A stretch of DNA of 64,000 nucleotides from Microgenomates group bacterium (GCA_041659805.1 JBAZXP010000001.1:448589-512588); one strand, 5' to 3'. Shown: positions 50,328 to 60,491, counted from the stretch's first letter. The notes: a model not told the origin generated them from the sequence alone. A program made the numbers and translations.

Positions 50328-51987
50328 ACATTTTTGGATTTTGATTTTACCTTTAAGCTACTTTAGTGTGAAGGCTCTTTTTGTACCCGGTTTTTATGGT
50401 GCTTCAGATGACTTACATATTGCTTGGTTATTTGAACTTGACCACTTAATTAAATTAGGTCAATTTCCACCACGTTTTGTGCCGGATTTAAGTTTCGGAT
50501 TCGGTTATCCGTTATTTAATTTTGTTTTTCCGCTGCCTTTTTATATAGGAGAAATATTTCATCTATTTGGTCTGAATTTTGTAGATAGTATCAAGACTGC
50601 TTTTTTATTAAGTGTGCCTTTATCGGGGATTTTTATGTATCAGTTTCTAAAAAGTTTTACTTCTAAACTTTTAAGTTTGGCGGGAGCTGTTATATATATG
50701 TATACCCCATACAGATCAACGGATATTTATATCAGAGGAGCAATTGGTGAGATAATTGCTTTTGTTTTTTTACCTCTGATTGCATTATCTGTAGTAAATC
50801 TTTCAGCAGAAAATAGCAGTTCTAAGCTGTCATTAAATTTCAGATGGATTGGAATCGGTGCGCTGTCACTTGCTGCCTTAATACTTACTCATAATATAAC
50901 CGCATATATGTTTCTTCCTTTTATTTTTATTTTAGCAATAGTCAGGTTAATCGTTTTCAAAAGAATCTTAAACAATTTACTAAATTTGTTTGTTTCTTTT
51001 TTGCTTGGGTTATTAATCAGCCTTTATTTTTGGTTTCCGGCAATATTGGATAGTAGTTTAATGAAATATGACACTGTTTTTAATTTTGTTGATCATTTTC
51101 CGACACTGCAACAATTAATTATTCCCTACTGGGGGTATGGTGCTTCTGTACCGGGACCAAATGACGGAATGTCATTTTATATCGGTTCAGTCAGTTTAAT
51201 GATTCTGATTGTTGGTTTATTGCTGATTATTTTGATGTGGAAGAAATTTTCAAATAATCAGAAAATAATTACTTGTTGGGCTGGTACCTCTTTTTTGATT
51301 GCTTTTTTGATGATGAATTTCAGATCAATTTTTATTTGGCAGAATGTGCCGTTAATTCCTTATTTCCAATTCCCGTGGAGATTTTTAATTATCACTACTT
51401 TTATGGTTCCGGTTTTTGTAATTGTTTTCGATAAAATAAAATATAAGGGATTTATAGCCTTAGTAATTATATTTTTATCACTCGTTACAAACTTTAATGA
51501 TTTTCACCCGCATGATAATTTAGGAAGAACTGATAATTATTATTTAAATAACTATATTCCTTTGCCTACTGCAAGCAAGGATTATTCTTTGTTACATGAG
51601 GAATATTTAAGATTACCAGTAGGTACAATTAGCCGTCCTGATAAAAATTACCCGCGCGTTTTTCCTCAGACTGATCAGGTAAAGGAAGTAATTGAGGTAG
51701 ATAGTTTAACGACTTTAATTAAAACCCAATCAAATGAAAAATTTACAATAAATTATAATAAGTATTATTTCCCAGGTTGGTATGCAAAAATCGATAATCA
51801 GGAAACTGAAATTTCTGCGGGTGATCCCTTTGGTCAGATTCAGTTGAATATTCCTTCGGGGCAGCATGAAGTTAAAATTGGATTTAGAGAGACACCTTTT
51901 AAATTATTCGCTGATATTGTCTCGTTGTCTGCTTTTATTGTTACAATGTATTTAATATTCGGATTAAAGGAATTTAAAAAAATATGA
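50299..51987 (+). CDS. YfhO-like GT-C membrane protein (paralog 3 of 3)
   Basis: 562 aa with SDDLHIAWLFE, YRSTDIYIRGAIGEII, QFPWRFL, and C-terminal YFPGWYAKIDNQETEI. Confidence 0.55.
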   Translation: MESLKKYLSEHFWILILPLSYFSVKALFVPGFYGASDDLHIAWLFELDHLIKLGQFPPRFVPDLSFGFGYPLFNFVFPLPFYIGEIFHLFGLNFVDSIKTAFLLSVPLSGIFMYQFLKSFTSKLLSLAGAVIYMYTPYRSTDIYIRGAIGEIIAFVFLPLIALSVVNLSAENSSSKLSLNFRWIGIGALSLAALILTHNITAYMFLPFIFILAIVRLIVFKRILNNLLNLFVSFLLGLLISLYFWFPAILDSSLMKYDTVFNFVDHFPTLQQLIIPYWGYGASVPGPNDGMSFYIGSVSLMILIVGLLLIILMWKKFSNNQKIITCWAGTSFLIAFLMMNFRSIFIWQNVPLIPYFQFPWRFLIITTFMVPVFVIVFDKIKYKGFIALVIIFLSLVTNFNDFHPHDNLGRTDNYYLNNYIPLPTASKDYSLLHEEYLRLPVGTISRPDKNYPRVFPQTDQVKEVIEVDSLTTLIKTQSNEKFTINYNKYYFPGWYAKIDNQETEISAGDPFGQIQLNIPSGQHEVKIGFRETPFKLFADIVSLSAFIVTMYLIFGLKEFKKI

Positions 51988-53477
51988 ACGATGATATTGA
52001 ATCAGGTGAACACCTGGATGCTACCTCTGAGATAACGCTGGATTTGGTAAAAAAGCGCGCTGTTCGTGGGGTTGCAACATTAACCGGAAGAACAATATTT
52101 ACTCAAGTTGTAGGGCTTGTGGCAACTTTCTTATTAACTATTTTTTTAACTCCGAATCAATTTGGAATTTATTTTATAGTCAGTGCTGCAGTTAATTTTT
52201 TTACATATTTTTCTGATATAGGACTCGGAGCAGCGATTATTCAGAAAAAAGAACGTTTAACTAGAAAAGACCTGGAAACAACTTTTACTATTCAAAATGC
52301 ATTGGTTCTAACATTGGTAGTGATTATTTTTTTAATTACGCCTCTTCTTAAAAGTTGGCAACATTTGGATACTGAATCAGTATATTTATTGTGGGCACTG
52401 GCATTCGGACTTTTATTGTCTTCTTTAAAAAGTGTACCGTCGTTACTTCTAGAAAGAGAATTGGATTTTAATAAATTAGTTATTCCGCAAATGTTTGAGT
52501 TCTTACTATTTCAGGTTATTGCAGTGTTCTTAGCATGGAGAGGGTTCGGGATCACGAGCTATACAATTGCAGTTATTGTAAGCCGTATCGCAGGGCTCGC
52601 GGCGATTTTTATCGTTCGTCCTTGGAGGCCCGGCTTTGCTTTTGATATTGAATCTCTGAAAGGTTTGCTTCGTTTTGGTTTGCCTTATCAGATTAATACT
52701 TTTTTGGCATCTATTAAGGATGACGGTATGACAGTATTTTTGGGAGGAATTTTAGGACCGGCAAATATTGGGTTATTGGGTTGGGCGCAAAAATGGGGAA
52801 ATGCACCTCTGCGTTTTTTTATGGATCAGGTGATTAAGGTTACTTTTCCGGCTTATGCACGTATGCAGGATCATAGAGAAGAGCTATCAAAAGCGGTTTC
52901 AAAATCTATTTTCTTTATCAGTGTATTAGTTTTTCCGACGGTTGCTTTATTAGTATTTCTTTCACCTATATTAGTTAGCATTATTCCGAAGTATGGAAAA
53001 TGGCAACCAGCTATTTTAGCCCTCGGTTTAATTTCTATTAATACTCTTTTGGCTTCAGTAAATACACCTTTAGTTAATGCGCTGAATGCGATTGGAAAAA
53101 TCAAAATAACTTTTCGCCTAATGATTATGTGGACGGTACTGACATGGGTATTAGTACCAACATTGGCGTACTTTTACGGTCTTAATGGTGCAGCTTTAGG
53201 ATATGCACTGGTTGGCACAAGTGCAGTAATCGCAATTTATATTGTAATGAAATATATTCCGATTAATTTATGGAAGAGTATAGGATCGCCCACTATTGCC
53301 GTAATTTTGATGGGCATTGTTTTAGCTGTCGGACGAATATATTTACCCTGGTCATGGATGTCAGTAATTATTTTAGGTATTTCGTCTCTGTTTGTTTATG
53401 CACTTTTACTTTTTATTTTAGTGGGGCCATCAATATGGCTGGATGTAAAAAAAATAGTTCTGAATGTTAAAGATTAA
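51984..53477 (+). CDS. MOP-superfamily polysaccharide/oligosaccharide flippase (Wzx-like)
   Basis: 497 aa with about 14 TM helices. It has the charged N-terminal cap, short loops and overall architecture of Wzx/MurJ family flippases. An ATGA overlap links it to the upstream gene. Confidence 0.55.
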   Translation: MNDDIESGEHLDATSEITLDLVKKRAVRGVATLTGRTIFTQVVGLVATFLLTIFLTPNQFGIYFIVSAAVNFFTYFSDIGLGAAIIQKKERLTRKDLETTFTIQNALVLTLVVIIFLITPLLKSWQHLDTESVYLLWALAFGLLLSSLKSVPSLLLERELDFNKLVIPQMFEFLLFQVIAVFLAWRGFGITSYTIAVIVSRIAGLAAIFIVRPWRPGFAFDIESLKGLLRFGLPYQINTFLASIKDDGMTVFLGGILGPANIGLLGWAQKWGNAPLRFFMDQVIKVTFPAYARMQDHREELSKAVSKSIFFISVLVFPTVALLVFLSPILVSIIPKYGKWQPAILALGLISINTLLASVNTPLVNALNAIGKIKITFRLMIMWTVLTWVLVPTLAYFYGLNGAALGYALVGTSAVIAIYIVMKYIPINLWKSIGSPTIAVILMGIVLAVGRIYLPWSWMSVIILGISSLFVYALLLFILVGPSIWLDVKKIVLNVKD

Positions 53478-53490
53478 TCATTAGTAAATT

Positions 53491-56400
53491 ATGGTATTTT
53501 TTAAAAAACTTTTTTTCAGTTTAATTATTTTTTTATGTTTAAGTTTAGTTTCATCTGTTTACGCGGTTGATAACTCTTTTGTGACGGTAGTGAACCCTAT
53601 TAGAGGAAATGATTTTTGGGATCAACCAAGTCAGAAAATAGAAACAGCTGTTTTGGGTCAAATTCAAATTTTAAATGAGTTTAGGCTTCCTGCTACATTT
53701 TTAATCCGTTTTGATGCATTTTCATCTGATAAAACAATCAATGTATTAAAAAATTCAGGTTATGAAAAAGGATTATTTTTGGAAGTAACTCCTTCCTGGA
53801 CTAAAGCCGCGGGAGTGAGTTACAGGCAATCTGCTGTCTGGCATTTGGCAGGAAGTGTTTTTTTAAGCGGTTATGAGACGCAGGAAAGAAATAAATTAAT
53901 TGATACAGCATTCGAAGAGTTTAAAAAAACATTCGGTTTTTATCCGAAATCTGTGGGAGCTTGGTGGATTGATAGTTACTCGCTTGAGTACATGCAGACA
54001 AAATACAATATTGATGCAGCATTGATTGTGGCAGACCAATATTCAACAGATAACTATCAAATCTGGGGACAATATTTCGCAACCCCATATTATCCTGCCA
54101 AGAAAAATGCCTTAATGCCCGCACAGGATGTTAAAAATAAAATTTCGGTCGTCATGATGCAGTGGGCAACCAGAGACCCTATAAATGGCTATGGGGAAGG
54201 GGTGAATGAAACAACTTACAGCGTGCAGGCAAATGATTATATTGATTATCATAAATTAAATTCAGATTACTTCGGGAAGTTAATTGATTTGTATACAACA
54301 CAGCAATTTAACCAATTTAATCAGCTTGTTGTAGGTTTGGAAAATTCCTATTCCTGGCAAAAATATGAATCTGAATACCGTAAACAGATTGAAATATTAA
54401 GTAACAGGCAGCAAAAAGGACAATTATCAATCTTAACAATGGCAGATTTTGCTAAATGGTATGAACGCACATTCCCTGATTTATCCCCTGCACAAATAAT
54501 TGTGGCAAATGACCCGTTGGGTTCTTCTAAAAAAGTTGTATGGTACATGAATCCTTATTACCGCGCTGGTTGGTTTTACAATCAAAACGGGAGTGCCTTC
54601 CGTGATATCAGACAATATGTCGAAGGGGAGACAGAACCCTGCTACCTTTCAGCATGTCAGCAAATAAACTTTGCTACTTTTTCAACAAGAGTGCTTGATG
54701 ATGTGACTTACGGACAAAAATTAGTTTTGGATAAAGGTAAGATTAATGATTTTAATGTTAAAAAAGGTACGGGATTTATTTTAAACTATACTAATGAAGC
54801 CGAAAGAAAAAGACAAATTAGTTTTTTGCCAAGAGATATTTCAATTGATGACAAAATCAGCTCGATTGATAATTTAATCTTGCAGACCAAGAATACTCAA
54901 ACTGATAGTTCTAAAATAAAAGTTGAATTTACGCCGGGTACTACTAAGTATTTTCAAGAGTCATCCGGCACTTTGATTATTAATATTCTAAAATTTCTTT
55001 TATTTGTTATTTTAGGCTTATTTATTCCGGGGTTTTTGATTGTTAAATTTTTAAAACAAGAATCAGTATTTCTAAATATATTTTTATCCATATGCAGTGG
55101 TTTTGTTATGTTAGTTTTGATGTCTTTTGCTGTAGGTTATTTAAAAATGTTTTGGCTGACATATATTTATGTAGCACTTTCTTTTTTAATTTTTATTTTT
55201 GGAAAATTCTACAAGGAGATATCTTTTAGAGAAATAAATTTACCTAAAATCAAAAATTTATTACCAGTCATAATAATTATATTCTTTGGGACTATCTTTC
55301 AATCATTAATAATGATCCGTTCAGGTTGGGTTTATGATTTTGGAATCGGTTTTTGGGGTCCTACAGGTCATGATATGGTTTGGCACCAGGCATTGGTTAA
55401 TCAATTAATTAACAATGTTCCTCCTCAAAATCCAATTTTAGCCGGAGAATCATTGCAGGGATACCACTATTTTTATGATTTATTAGTCGCAGATACATTT
55501 CGGTTAACCCAAATTTCTATTTTGGATTTACTCTATAGATTTTATCCTGTAATGTTTTCTATATTTTTAGGAATCGGGACTGTTTGTTTGCTTAACAGAA
55601 TTACCAAAAATAAAATTATTGTTTTAATTTCTTTATATTTTGTTTATTTTGCAGGTAGCTTTGGTTGGATTGTTACATATCTCCGAGATAAGATTTTTAG
55701 CGGGGAATCAGTCTTTTGGGTCAATCAACCTGTTTCGATGAATCTTAACCCGCCCTTTGCGATTTCTTTAATTCTAATGATTGCGATTATTTTATTAGTG
55801 ATCGTTTTTAGACTGAGAAAAAGTGTTTGGTGTTCTGCCTTGCTGGTTTTGCTTATTGGGACTTTGGTTGAATTTAAGGTTTATGCAGGGGTGGTGGTAC
55901 TGGGTGGTATGTCTGTAATGGTTTTGACAGAAATTCTTTTCAGGAGAAACTTTGAATACTTAAAGATTTTTTCTGTGGCGGCAATTGTTTCAATAGTATT
56001 GTTTATATCTCAAAATAAAGGCGCAATCGGATTATTGGTTTGGTCTCCGTTTTGGTTTATTGACTCGATGATTGATTCTCCGGATAGGGTAGGGTGGGCT
56101 AAATTATCTTCTGCAAGGCTTGCCTATTTTGAAAGGGGAGAGTGGTTAAAATATGTAGCTATCGAAGTTTTATCCTTGAGTATATTTATTTTGGGTAATT
56201 TGGGACTTAGAATAATATCTTTTTCCAGGATAAATCTCTTATTTAAAAAAGACTTTTGGCAAACAACAGAATATCCTTTTATGCTTTTTATGGGGTTTGC
56301 ATCTCTAATAATTCCGATATTTTTGATTCAAAAAGGTAACCCCTGGAATACGATTCAATTTTTGTACTATTTAATTTACTTAATTGCTCTTTCTGCAGGT

Positions 56401-56928
56401 TTCGGACTATATGCTTTATATAGAAAATTACCAAAAATTATCGGACTAGTATTTTTAGGGATTGTTCTGTTATTGGCGCCTGTTAATGCAGTAGTGTCTT
56501 TTACGGATACTTTGGGTCAAATACCGCCTGCTTCACTTAGCCAAAATGAGTTGGAAGCATTAAATTTTCTTGCCAAACAGCCGGATGGGGTCGTTTTGAC
56601 TTACCCCTATAACGATTCATTGAACAGTAAATTTTTAACCCCAATTCCTCTTTTTGCTTATACAACCTCAGCTTATGTTTCTGCTTTTTCCGGGAAGCAA
56701 ACATATATTGAAGACACTATGCAAAATGAAATTTTACAGACAGATTACAATCCGAGACTCGTTGCAGCAGAAGATTTTTTTAGTAGCGGCATAATGCCAC
56801 CAAGTTTGGAAGGGAAAATAAGATATGTTTATCTGCCTAAGTTTTTTGAAATTAATGTAGATACAAGTAAACAATGGAAAAAGATTTTTGAAAATAAGGA
56901 AGTATTAATCTATGAGATTAGTAGTTAA
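53491..56928 (+). CDS. Giant polytopic membrane protein: N-terminal extracytoplasmic domain (about 480 aa) plus a GT-C-like multi-TM module plus a C-terminal extracytoplasmic domain
   Basis: 1145 aa with a signal/TM segment followed by a soluble domain of unknown fold. About 14 TM helices carry WHQALVNQLINNVPPQNPILAGESLQGYHYFYD. The tail resembles the protein at 60488..62443. Confidence 0.45.
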   Translation: MVFFKKLFFSLIIFLCLSLVSSVYAVDNSFVTVVNPIRGNDFWDQPSQKIETAVLGQIQILNEFRLPATFLIRFDAFSSDKTINVLKNSGYEKGLFLEVTPSWTKAAGVSYRQSAVWHLAGSVFLSGYETQERNKLIDTAFEEFKKTFGFYPKSVGAWWIDSYSLEYMQTKYNIDAALIVADQYSTDNYQIWGQYFATPYYPAKKNALMPAQDVKNKISVVMMQWATRDPINGYGEGVNETTYSVQANDYIDYHKLNSDYFGKLIDLYTTQQFNQFNQLVVGLENSYSWQKYESEYRKQIEILSNRQQKGQLSILTMADFAKWYERTFPDLSPAQIIVANDPLGSSKKVVWYMNPYYRAGWFYNQNGSAFRDIRQYVEGETEPCYLSACQQINFATFSTRVLDDVTYGQKLVLDKGKINDFNVKKGTGFILNYTNEAERKRQISFLPRDISIDDKISSIDNLILQTKNTQTDSSKIKVEFTPGTTKYFQESSGTLIINILKFLLFVILGLFIPGFLIVKFLKQESVFLNIFLSICSGFVMLVLMSFAVGYLKMFWLTYIYVALSFLIFIFGKFYKEISFREINLPKIKNLLPVIIIIFFGTIFQSLIMIRSGWVYDFGIGFWGPTGHDMVWHQALVNQLINNVPPQNPILAGESLQGYHYFYDLLVADTFRLTQISILDLLYRFYPVMFSIFLGIGTVCLLNRITKNKIIVLISLYFVYFAGSFGWIVTYLRDKIFSGESVFWVNQPVSMNLNPPFAISLILMIAIILLVIVFRLRKSVWCSALLVLLIGTLVEFKVYAGVVVLGGMSVMVLTEILFRRNFEYLKIFSVAAIVSIVLFISQNKGAIGLLVWSPFWFIDSMIDSPDRVGWAKLSSARLAYFERGEWLKYVAIEVLSLSIFILGNLGLRIISFSRINLLFKKDFWQTTEYPFMLFMGFASLIIPIFLIQKGNPWNTIQFLYYLIYLIALSAGFGLYALYRKLPKIIGLVFLGIVLLLAPVNAVVSFTDTLGQIPPASLSQNELEALNFLAKQPDGVVLTYPYNDSLNSKFLTPIPLFAYTTSAYVSAFSGKQTYIEDTMQNEILQTDYNPRLVAAEDFFSSGIMPPSLEGKIRYVYLPKFFEINVDTSKQWKKIFENKEVLIYEISS

Positions 56929-56942
56929 AATAAAATAATAAA

Positions 56943-58595
56943 ATGTTTAGTTTACTTAAGAAAATATTATCAAACTATTTATTTTGGCTGACAGTTATTA
57001 TTGTTTTCGCATTTTTTATCAGGACTTTTGATTTAGCGAATAATCCCCCCGCAATGTATGGGGATGAGCTGACAATCGTTTATGATGCTTATTCAATTCT
57101 TAAAACCGGTCATGATCAGACAGGCCAATTTCTTCCTCTGACATTCAAGATGGGGGACGGAAGACCCCCCTTCTATGTATATGCAACTATCCCGTTTGTT
57201 GCTTTATTCGGCCCGACAGCTGTGGGTGTTAGGGCTTTGTCAATACTCTCAGGTTTAGGGATAATTTTAATTACCTTTTTCCTAACAGAAATTTTAATAA
57301 GTAAGCGGGCAGCCTTGTTTGCGTCTTTTTTGCTTGCAATTTCTCCCTGGGATATTGCGCTTAGCAGGGGAGGTTTTGAAACTCATCTTGCTTTATTTCT
57401 GATTCTCCTTGGGATATTTTCTTTTATTAAAGCAAGGGAAAAACCGTTTTGGTTGATTTTTTCAGCATTATCCTTAGGTCTTGCAATACATACTTATCAT
57501 TCATATAAAGTTCTGGTTCCGCTCGTAATAATATTGCTTCTATTCCTAATAGACATAAAAAGTTTTTTTGTAAAAAAATCCATTAAATTTTTAATTTCTT
57601 CAGTATTAATTTTCTTTATACTTTTTTCAGTATGGGTATTTTTAATTTTTAATGGATCTGAAGGAAGATTCAATAATACCAATGTTTTTTCTAATCCTGA
57701 TATTGCCCGCAGCGAAATCGATTCTACTGTTACTCAAAGAAATCAAAATAATCTTCCGTTTGGTTTAAATAATCTTTTTTATAATAAATATGTTTTTTAC
57801 GCAGGAGTTTTAGAACAAAATTATATTGATAATATTTCCCTAAGCTTTTTATTTAGCAGTGGCGATCGTAACCCACGTCATAACCCTTTCGCTATGGGTG
57901 AATTATATCTGGCCCAATTTTTTCTAATTCTTATTGCGTTGCTGACTAAGCTTAACCAGCATAAGAAACTAATGATTTTTCTGATCGGTTGTATTCTTAT
58001 TAGCCCTATTCCCACATCAGTGGTATCGAACGGGCATGCTTTGCGAAGCAGTTTTCTTTTGTTTCCGCTTACCATATTATCCACAATGGGCATGGAGACT
58101 GTAATTCAAAATTACCGGAGATTTTTAAAGATTAGAATATTTTTGGCATTTATAATTGCAATCTTTTTATTACAGTTTATATGGTTGATAGGAAATTTAT
58201 TTTATGTGTCAGGAGATAAGTATGCCAATTTTTGGTCTTTTTCTGCTAAAAAAGCGAGTACAGAGGCCTTAGAAAACAGGCAGAAATTTAATTACATTTT
58301 TCTGTCTACTCATATAGACAATATGGAGTTTGCATATCCAACATATGCAGCGATTGATCCGGAATTAGTAATTGCTGAAAACCGACAGCCAAAAATCATT
58401 GGAAAATATAGCTTCAAACAGTTTGAAAATATTTATCTAGGAGCTGTTCCTAATTCTGAAGTTAATGATTTTATTGCGGGTCTTTCCGGAAACGTACTCT
58501 ATATCGGTGAAGCAGACGCCTTAAAGGAAGTAAAAAATTATGATACGATTAATGGGTTAAATAATCAGCCGGCACTAATTAAGGTAGAAAAATAA
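56943..58595 (+). CDS. ArnT/PMT-like GT-C glycosyltransferase (PMT_2-like)
   Basis: 550 aa with MYGDELTIVYDAYSILKTGHDQTGQFLPL in the first loop. It is a paralog of the partial ORF at 63677. Confidence 0.6.
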   Translation: MFSLLKKILSNYLFWLTVIIVFAFFIRTFDLANNPPAMYGDELTIVYDAYSILKTGHDQTGQFLPLTFKMGDGRPPFYVYATIPFVALFGPTAVGVRALSILSGLGIILITFFLTEILISKRAALFASFLLAISPWDIALSRGGFETHLALFLILLGIFSFIKAREKPFWLIFSALSLGLAIHTYHSYKVLVPLVIILLLFLIDIKSFFVKKSIKFLISSVLIFFILFSVWVFLIFNGSEGRFNNTNVFSNPDIARSEIDSTVTQRNQNNLPFGLNNLFYNKYVFYAGVLEQNYIDNISLSFLFSSGDRNPRHNPFAMGELYLAQFFLILIALLTKLNQHKKLMIFLIGCILISPIPTSVVSNGHALRSSFLLFPLTILSTMGMETVIQNYRRFLKIRIFLAFIIAIFLLQFIWLIGNLFYVSGDKYANFWSFSAKKASTEALENRQKFNYIFLSTHIDNMEFAYPTYAAIDPELVIAENRQPKIIGKYSFKQFENIYLGAVPNSEVNDFIAGLSGNVLYIGEADALKEVKNYDTINGLNNQPALIKVEK

Positions 58596-58603
58596 AAGAT
58601 TAT

Positions 58604-59848
58604 ATGAATTTTTTGAAAGATAAATACATTGTTAAAATATTTGTATTAGCACTTTTAATTAGGTTGATCATAATGCCTTTTTATTTTCATCCTGATATCA
58701 AAACTTACAATTTTCAGTCATCTTTTCTAAAACAAGGTGTTGTTGATATTTACTCATACCTTATTACAAATAAAGAAAAGCTGCCTTTGAAAGATGAGTT
58801 TGTATATTTTCCGCTAACGTATTTTTCTTTGGGTGGATATCAGATAATAATGCAGCCATTTTTGGGTAATAATTTTCAGTTATGGTTAGGGGATGCTTCC
58901 CAGAATGCAATTGATCAGACAGGCGTTTTCCGATACTTATTTATTTTAAAACTGCCTTATCTGATTTTGGATTTTGCCACTGCAATTATTTTAATGAAAT
59001 TATTTGATGATAATAAAAAAAAGAGAGCTGTATTAACTTTATGGTTACTGAATCCTTTTTCATTGGCATTAATCTATATCTTTAGTAATATAGATATTTT
59101 TCCTGTTTTTTTAACTGTACTGAGCTTATATTTTTCCAAAATAAATAAAATAATGATTGCATCGCTTTTGATAGGTTTGGCAGCAGGATTTAAGGCATAC
59201 CCTATACTTTTTATTCCATTTTTATTCTTTTATGCTCAGGGCTTAAAGCAAAAAACATTAGTGGTTGTTCCGGGATTAATTGCATTTTTTGCAGTGATTG
59301 CTCCATTTTTAAAGTCCTCCGGCTTCCAACAGGCAACAATTGCTTCTGGGCTAACAACCAGAATTATCTCGCCCACTTTTGCCATTGGTTTTAGCGAAAG
59401 CCTAATCATTGCTATGATTTCTTTAGGAGCTCTTTTTTTCTATGCATTTAATCTTGAAAATTTTAAGTTTGAGCGGCTACCACAATTTTATTTAGCAGCC
59501 TTATTATTAATTTTTTCTTCAATTCATTTTCATATTCAATGGTTGTTGTGGATGATTCCGTTTATAATTATTATTGGAGCTATACATAAACGATTTCTCG
59601 CCTCGCTGTTTGTTCTTTTGACTACTGCAATATTTATCCCCTTATTATATCCGGACCATTTTATGGGTTTTTCCCTGATGGAGCCGATCAGCTCTTATTT
59701 CATTCCATTGCCCACATTATTTCAGATAACTCAGAGATTTTATGACCCTTACGCCATTCAAAGCATTTTACACAGTGTATTTTTGGGAGGATCGATTATA
59801 TTAATAGTTCAAATGTTTGGAGGAGAAAAAAATGAAACAATTGAATAA
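58604..59848 (+). CDS. Polytopic membrane protein, possible GT-C-like (DUF2029/GT87-like?)
   Basis: 414 aa with about 11 TM helices. Its conserved loop reads GFKAYPILFIPFLFFYAQG. Confidence 0.35.
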   Translation: MNFLKDKYIVKIFVLALLIRLIIMPFYFHPDIKTYNFQSSFLKQGVVDIYSYLITNKEKLPLKDEFVYFPLTYFSLGGYQIIMQPFLGNNFQLWLGDASQNAIDQTGVFRYLFILKLPYLILDFATAIILMKLFDDNKKKRAVLTLWLLNPFSLALIYIFSNIDIFPVFLTVLSLYFSKINKIMIASLLIGLAAGFKAYPILFIPFLFFYAQGLKQKTLVVVPGLIAFFAVIAPFLKSSGFQQATIASGLTTRIISPTFAIGFSESLIIAMISLGALFFYAFNLENFKFERLPQFYLAALLLIFSSIHFHIQWLLWMIPFIIIIGAIHKRFLASLFVLLTTAIFIPLLYPDHFMGFSLMEPISSYFIPLPTLFQITQRFYDPYAIQSILHSVFLGGSIILIVQMFGGEKNETIE

Positions 59849-60491
59849 TATTTTTTTAGTAGTTATTTCATTCATTATTCTAATGCCTGTGATTATTGGT
59901 TTGAATATCCGTTCGACTCAGGATCCTATACAGCCTTCATTCGCAGGAACCGAAAAAATTTTTCAATCCGTTTTAGTTTCACAAAAATTTCTTTCTAAAG
60001 AGAATGGCTTGTCTGGTATTGGTATCAGTATAAAAAACCCAAACTTAGCAAATAAAAATGAATTAACCCTTTCTCTTTATGAAGGAGAAAGGGCAATCCG
60101 GAGTTTATCAATTAATGGGGGAGCGATTGAGGACGGGAGCCTGTTAAGGTTTTTATTTCCTAAAATCCCGGATTCAAAAGGAAAAGTATATACTTTTGTT
60201 TTAAATTCTCCTGCGTCTGTAGAACCTGAGGCATTTGAGGCGTATCTTACTAACGAAAAATTTTCAGATGAAAGTTTGATAGTAAACAATAATGAAAGAC
60301 AAGATAATGTGTCTTTCATTAGAATATATAAATCCGGTAATCCAATTGCGGTTTTGGGAGAAATTTTTTCCGGTGTATTTGTTAAATTATTTAATGATTT
60401 AATTTTTTCTGTATTCTATATAACTTTAGTTCTCAGTTGTGTTGTTTATTTGATCTTGGATATATTTAAAAGTGACCGTAAGTCTTATTAA
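59817..60491 (+). CDS. Hypothetical bitopic protein with an extracytoplasmic domain
   Basis: 224 aa with N- and C-terminal TM helices flanking a soluble domain of about 150 aa. It is the last gene of the co-directional array, and its start may instead be Met6. Confidence 0.35.
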   Translation: MEEKKMKQLNNIFLVVISFIILMPVIIGLNIRSTQDPIQPSFAGTEKIFQSVLVSQKFLSKENGLSGIGISIKNPNLANKNELTLSLYEGERAIRSLSINGGAIEDGSLLRFLFPKIPDSKGKVYTFVLNSPASVEPEAFEAYLTNEKFSDESLIVNNNERQDNVSFIRIYKSGNPIAVLGEIFSGVFVKLFNDLIFSVFYITLVLSCVVYLILDIFKSDRKSY

